Source: Castellaniella sp.
Lineage (GTDB): Bacteria > Pseudomonadota > Gammaproteobacteria > Burkholderiales > Burkholderiaceae_B
Assembly: GCF_047971665.1 (NCBI RefSeq)
Contig: NZ_JBKEAA010000021.1
Location: 24,213-88,212, forward strand
Direction: 5' to 3'
DNA: 64,000 nucleotides
Within the stretch, counting starts at the first letter, position 1. Each line of letters opens with the position of its first letter. Positions 63,001 to 64,000 of this stretch are shown here, one piece after another. Position numbers and translations under genes: made by a program. The notes under the pieces are model-generated. The model did no database searches and was not told the DNA's origin. It saw only the letters and a list, made by a program, of their open reading frames with translations.

Positions 63001-63080
63001 GCTCTGCCGTTAAAGGTGAAATTCAGCGCCACGCCGCGGCGCACACGCCCACCTTGGGGCAGGCGGCAGAACGGATTCAT
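60069..63080 (-). CDS. soxA: Sarcosine oxidase alpha subunit
   Basis: GDTLASAL, RSFKYHRPRG, GAGPAG, EHVKRYT, C-terminal GcvT-like domain. Confidence 0.96.
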   Translation of the reverse strand: MNPFCRLPQGGRVRRGVALNFTFNGRAYTGFEGDTLASALLAHGVHFVARSFKYHRPRGIMTAGVEEPNALVQLESGPYTVPNARATEVELYEGLRATSVNASPSLERDRMALMRHIARFIPAGFYYKTFMWPRRWWGRYEARIRAAAGLGSVPESPDPSRYEKRYAHCDVLVVGAGPAGLAAACVAARAGARVLLVDGDSEAGGRLLSADETIDAEPALAWVAQRMTELSAHPEARVLLRTTAFGYQDHNLVTACERLHDHLPIGQRTGTRERVWKIRARHVVLATGAHERPLAFGHNDVPGVMLAGAVSTYIHRYGVLPGRHAVVFTNNDSAYQCAIDLKHHGAQVTVVDPRVMSDGTLPGEAIRLGIPVIYQAVVAEARGDRHVACVRLRGLGARLINDTDTLACDLLAMSGGWNPVIHLYAQSRGRPRWCDARACFVPDAPVQPQSSAGAAQGDFDLQAALEGGVRAGLNAVAGLPSARPVDAPPVWTARPVLTAPLMPLWSVAKGRQGRRAGHGPKQFIDYQNDVAVSDILLAVREGYRSVEHVKRYTSMGFGTDQGKLGNINGMAVLAEALGRRLSETGTTTFRPNYTPVSFGAIAGRELGDYFDPIRKTCLHDWHVEQGAVFEDAGHWKRAHYYPRPGEDIDAAVRRECLAVRHAVGLLDYSTLGKIDVRGPDAAEFLNRLYINAWTGLAPGRCRYGVMLDENGMVMDDGVGIRLAEDQFLLTTTTGGAARVMSWMERWLQTEWPDLRVYLTSVTDQYAVTTVAGPQARKVLSAVCQDIDFDQAAFPFMSFREGTIDGVPVRVLRVSFSGELSYEIYMPANMGRPVAERLMQAGGPCGITPYGTEAMHVLRGEKGYLIVGQDTDGSVSPVDLGLDGMIARHKDCLGKRSLMRSHTQGAGRKQFVGLLADDPACVLPEGGQILQGPAQDAIVPMFGHVTSSYMSPVLGRSIALALLKDGRTRMGQPVTVATADGQFMPARVCSPVFYDPEGARQHVD

Positions 63081-63352
63081 GTCGTCTCCTCATGGCGGCC
63101 AACGCATTCTTCACGCCGGAATTCGTAGGTGCGGGTATCGCGCTCGGCCACGAACCAGCGACGGCAGCCGTGGGCATGCACCCACTGTTCGCGCAACGGG
63201 CCGCAGGGATTGCGGCGCATGAACACATAGTCACCCCACTGACGGTCGTCCAGCGACTCACTGTCCACGGGCCGGACGATGCCGGCCTCTCCGCCATAAC
63301 TGAATTCGCTTTCGGCGCGGTCGCCGCACCAGGGGCATTTGATCAGCAACAT
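63077..63352 (-). CDS. soxD: Sarcosine oxidase delta subunit
   Basis: CPWCG.R.E.EF.YGGE, W.H..GC..W. Confidence 0.95.
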   Translation of the reverse strand: MLLIKCPWCGDRAESEFSYGGEAGIVRPVDSESLDDRQWGDYVFMRRNPCGPLREQWVHAHGCRRWFVAERDTRTYEFRREECVGRHEETT

Positions 63353-63361
63353 GGCGGCTCC

Positions 63362-64000
63362 TCAGTGGGCCACGGCCGCGGCGCCGTGCTCGTCGATCAG
63401 ATGGCCGCTGTAGAAGCGGTCGATGGAAAACGCCCGGTTCAAGGCGTGGGGCTCGTCGTGCGCCACCGTGTGGGCGAACACCCAGCCGGAGCCCGGCGTC
63501 GCCTTGAATCCGCCCGTGCCCCAGCCGCAATTGAAATACAGCCCCTTGATGCCGGTCTTGCTGATGATCGGGCAGGCATCGGGCGAGACGTCGACGATGC
63601 CGCCCCATTGACGATTCATGCGCACACGGCCCAACGACGGGAACATCTCGACGATGGCCTGCAGCGTATGCTCGATACTCTGAAAGCTGCCGCGCTGGCC
63701 GTATCCCAGGTACTGATCGATTCCGGCGCCGATCACCAGATCGCCCTTGTCGGACTGGCTGATGTAGGCATGCACGGCATTGGACATGACCACGGTATGA
63801 ATGCAGGGCTTGACCGGCTCGGACACCAGCGCCTGCAACGGATGGCTTTCGATGGGCAGCCGGATGCCGGCCATGTCGGCCAGGACGCTGGAATGCCCTG
63901 CCACCGCCACGGCGACTTTTTTGGCCCTGATGAATCCCTTGCCGGTCTCCACCCCCTCGACCGCGCCATCCCGCGTGCGGATGTTGGTGACGGGACAGTG
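63362..64000 (-). CDS. soxB: Sarcosine oxidase beta subunit (5' part outside window)
   Basis: [23 protein letters not shown]-terminal [10 protein letters not shown]. Confidence 0.95.
   Translation of the reverse strand, partial: HCPVTNIRTRDGAVEGVETGKGFIRAKKVAVAVAGHSSVLADMAGIRLPIESHPLQALVSEPVKPCIHTVVMSNAVHAYISQSDKGDLVIGAGIDQYLGYGQRGSFQSIEHTLQAIVEMFPSLGRVRMNRQWGGIVDVSPDACPIISKTGIKGLYFNCGWGTGGFKATPGSGWVFAHTVAHDEPHALNRAFSIDRFYSGHLIDEHGAAAVAH

Noticed and set aside
59486..64000. sox genes as sulfur oxidation (Sox) system
   Set aside because: Motifs are those of heterotetrameric sarcosine oxidase; the name overlap is coincidental

Overview
GC-rich betaproteobacterial chromosome segment; gene content and order suggest Alcaligenaceae (Castellaniella/Bordetella-like), which is an inference. 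The backbone is mostly housekeeping: valS (partial), nhaA with a probable nhaA-I/Li+-I riboswitch, parE-parC, trxA-rho-gdhA, yhdP, glnE, clpB and sarcosine oxidase soxBDAG (partial). Accessory modules are a persulfide/thiosulfate cluster (periplasmic rhodanese, YeeE, a 54-aa protein, BigR/SqrR-like ArsR, DUF2892), a GntR-controlled urate/allantoin cluster (uraH, puuD, puuE, alc, atypical M20 hydrolase), an R64-like type IVb pilus operon, an atypical P450, and an FNR/NrdR-controlled class III RNR whose glycyl-radical domain is a separate 60-aa gene. The best candidate for an undescribed system is at 46.2-49.6 kb: a three-gene operon encoding a stand-alone TiaS-kinase-like 'IGIDDTD' protein, an ECF-S-component-like membrane protein and a TonB-dependent receptor with a 30-Gly insert. 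Its sigma70 promoter is overlapped by a strong ModE-like operator. This suggests a molybdenum-starvation-induced uptake/salvage system, possibly for molybdopterin/Moco or a Mo/W chelate. No CRISPR array, tRNA, rRNA or intact transposase was seen. All family calls come from motif recognition, not database searches.
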